A DNA stretch of 28,643 bases. Origin: Prasinococcaceae sp. CCMP 1430 (Eukaryota; Plantae; Prasinodermophyta). The notes below the pieces were generated by a model that had not been told where the DNA came from, ran no database searches, and saw nothing but the letters and a program-made list of their open reading frames with translations. Below are positions 26,960 to 28,643 of this stretch, piece by piece (position 1 is the stretch's first letter; each line of letters opens with the position of its first letter). The stretch lies in NCBI GenBank assembly GCA_013416795.1, contig RQSC01001105.1, positions 14,046-42,688 of the forward strand. The letters are read 5' to 3'. The translations under genes were made by a program, and so were the position numbers.

Positions 26960-28643
26960 TCACGGGCGCCTCGGCGCGAGCAGCCCTTTCTCCTCGGCAT
27001 CCAGGAAGAGCGCTACCACCTCGCGCAGCCGCGGCGGCACCTGCTTCGCCAGCAGCTGCGCCGACACCGGGATGCGCGCAAAGTCGCCGCTGCCGTCGCC
27101 ATCGTCGTCGAGCAGCAGGCTGTCTGCCGCCACTTGTACCTTGGCAAGCTCGGCCCTAATAGCCGCGCGCGACGCCCTACCCTTCAAAGCCTGTCCCGCC
27201 GCACGCACGCTGAGTATTCGACACACGCGTGACGTTGCGCCGCACAGCCTCCGAAGTTGCCTCGCGCGCGAAGCATCATAGACGCCGTCGCTGTAGTCGC
27301 TCACGCCCGGGCCGCCGTCGCCCGCAAGCCCGCGCGCGGCCGCAAGCGTCGTCGCAAGACCCCTGTACTTCTCACCGAGCGCCACCAAATCGTCCCAGTC
27401 CATCGACGGGCTGAGCTTCGACTCCGAGCCGCCTTCGTTGCTGGCACTTGTGCCGCTCAGGGCACTCCCGAGCAAGAGCTCCGATGAGCCTTCCTCAGCG
27501 TCGTCGTCGCTGTCATCGTCATGGCAGAGGCCCAAGTCGCCGTAGGCGTCGCCACTGCCGTTACTGTACCCGCCGCCAGGCGCACCCCGCACGACGTCGT
27601 CCCGTGCCACGCCGGCCGGGCGGAAGCGGCGCATCTCGTACGTGCACAGGTTGGCCAACCGCGCGATCTGCGCGGCGTTCCCCTCGATGGCAGCGAACTC
27701 GGCGCACTCGCTCTCCCTCGGGCGCGCGAGCGCCGCCGGAAGGCCAGTCGCGAGCAGCGCAAGCTGCGCGCAGTCGACGCTCACGCGCCCTCGGAGCTCG
27801 TCGCTGGCGTACTCTGGCCACGCGAGCAGCCCCGCGATGGTGGTGAGCCCTGCGCCCAGCAGCACCATGTACACGCGGTACTGCGGCGCGAGCGTGTCGG
27901 AGCCGAAGCCCACCGCCACCCACAGCGATAGCTGCTGCTGGTACGCGTCTATCGTGAGGAAGTCGAAAGAGAGCACGGAGAGGAAGTAGAAGTAGTCGAA
28001 GTTGGGCGAGCTCCGGTTGGTCGCGCGCGCGTACACGCCGGCGATCGTGACGATCGCCGCACAGAAGAGGTAGAAGTTGCCGCGCGTGACGTAGTTGTCC
28101 GCGGCGAGCGCGTGCAGGACGCCGCCGGGGTCGCAGGCGTCCTGGAGTGCGTCGGAGGTCGCGCACCAGTGCCTGACGGTGTCGTGGAACGCGCCACCGA
28201 CCGCCTTGAAGTTGATGAGGTCGTCCACGCTCAGCACGAGCAGGGCGCCGCTCGCGCCCACGAGCGTGCCGAGCAGCCGCTCGGCCGACTTGCGCAGCAG
28301 CTCGCCCTGCAGGCGCTCCGAGCAGTTCACCACGCTGATGAGCGCCCAAATCCCATACCCGTGCGCCACGTCCACGCGCAGGTCGGTGTCGAGGACGAGC
28401 GCCGCGGACAGGCTCACGCACAGCGCGCAGCGCGCAGCCCACCGCAGCGCTCCGCGCGAGCGGCGCCGCGCGGCGGCGGACGCCACGCGCTGCTCCCACA
28501 CCCTCGCGGCCTTGGCGTCGCGCGCCGAACGCGCGTCTGGCACGGCGAGGGCGTGAACGCGCCGCCGCTCGCGCGTGGCTTCGCGCAGCTCCTCCTCGAC
28601 CGACGTCTCCGCCTCGCTGGGCGCCTCGCGCGCGCGCGTGCTG
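26960..28643 (-). CDS. ALMT: Aluminium-activated malate transporter (ALMT)/FUSC-like channel; reading frame is open to the window edge
   Basis: WALISVVNCSERLQGELLRKSAERLLGTLVGA, FDYFYFLSVLSF, YRVYMVLLGAG and LLAWPEYASDELR match the ALMT transmembrane-domain pattern. No stop occurs in this frame upstream of 28543. Confidence 0.75.
   Translation of the reverse strand, partial: STRAREAPSEAETSVEEELREATRERRRVHALAVPDARSARDAKAARVWEQRVASAAARRRSRGALRWAARCALCVSLSAALVLDTDLRVDVAHGYGIWALISVVNCSERLQGELLRKSAERLLGTLVGASGALLVLSVDDLINFKAVGGAFHDTVRHWCATSDALQDACDPGGVLHALAADNYVTRGNFYLFCAAIVTIAGVYARATNRSSPNFDYFYFLSVLSFDFLTIDAYQQQLSLWVAVGFGSDTLAPQYRVYMVLLGAGLTTIAGLLAWPEYASDELRGRVSVDCAQLALLATGLPAALARPRESECAEFAAIEGNAAQIARLANLCTYEMRRFRPAGVARDDVVRGAPGGGYSNGSGDAYGDLGLCHDDDSDDDAEEGSSELLLGSALSGTSASNEGGSESKLSPSMDWDDLVALGEKYRGLATTLAAARGLAGDGGPGVSDYSDGVYDASRARQLRRLCGATSRVCRILSVRAAGQALKGRASRAAIRAELAKVQVAADSLLLDDDGDGSGDFARIPVSAQLLAKQVPPRLREVVALFLDAEEKGLLAPRRP

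Overview
This is a very GC-rich, gene-dense eukaryotic nuclear window from a green alga. The evidence is a nuclear rbcS remnant, plant-type UNC-50, PRA1, GID8 and ALMT homologues, and short GT-AG introns with a CTGAC branch site. A prasinophyte-grade alga is my inference. About 17 genes or gene remnants are recognisable: a deleted rbcS, UFL1, UNC-50, RRP15, PRA1, two unknown proteins, a NOT2/3/5-box protein, a three-domain membrane enzyme, an mTERF-like protein, a TBC RabGAP, GID8, a PfkB kinase, a TMEM161-like protein, two convergent aldo-keto reductases and an ALMT-like channel. Most other ORFs in the six-frame track are GC-driven shadow ORFs. Main highlights: (1) a single-ORF fusion of an Mpo1-like domain, a putative HxD...H Fe(II) dioxygenase domain and a PEMT-like methyltransferase (14032-16059). 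(2) RRP15 nested antisense inside the 1297-nt first intron of UNC-50; UNC-50 exon 1 is not visible as its own ORF in the track. (3) An rbcS with start context and 3' end but without its middle. (4) A repeat island with a telomere-like CCTGAAG array and palindromes. (5) A palindromic bidirectional promoter with a recurring GCCACACG motif. Three single-N gaps all sit between head-to-head genes, so several 5' ends are uncertain. All family assignments come from motifs I recognised by eye; no database searches were run.
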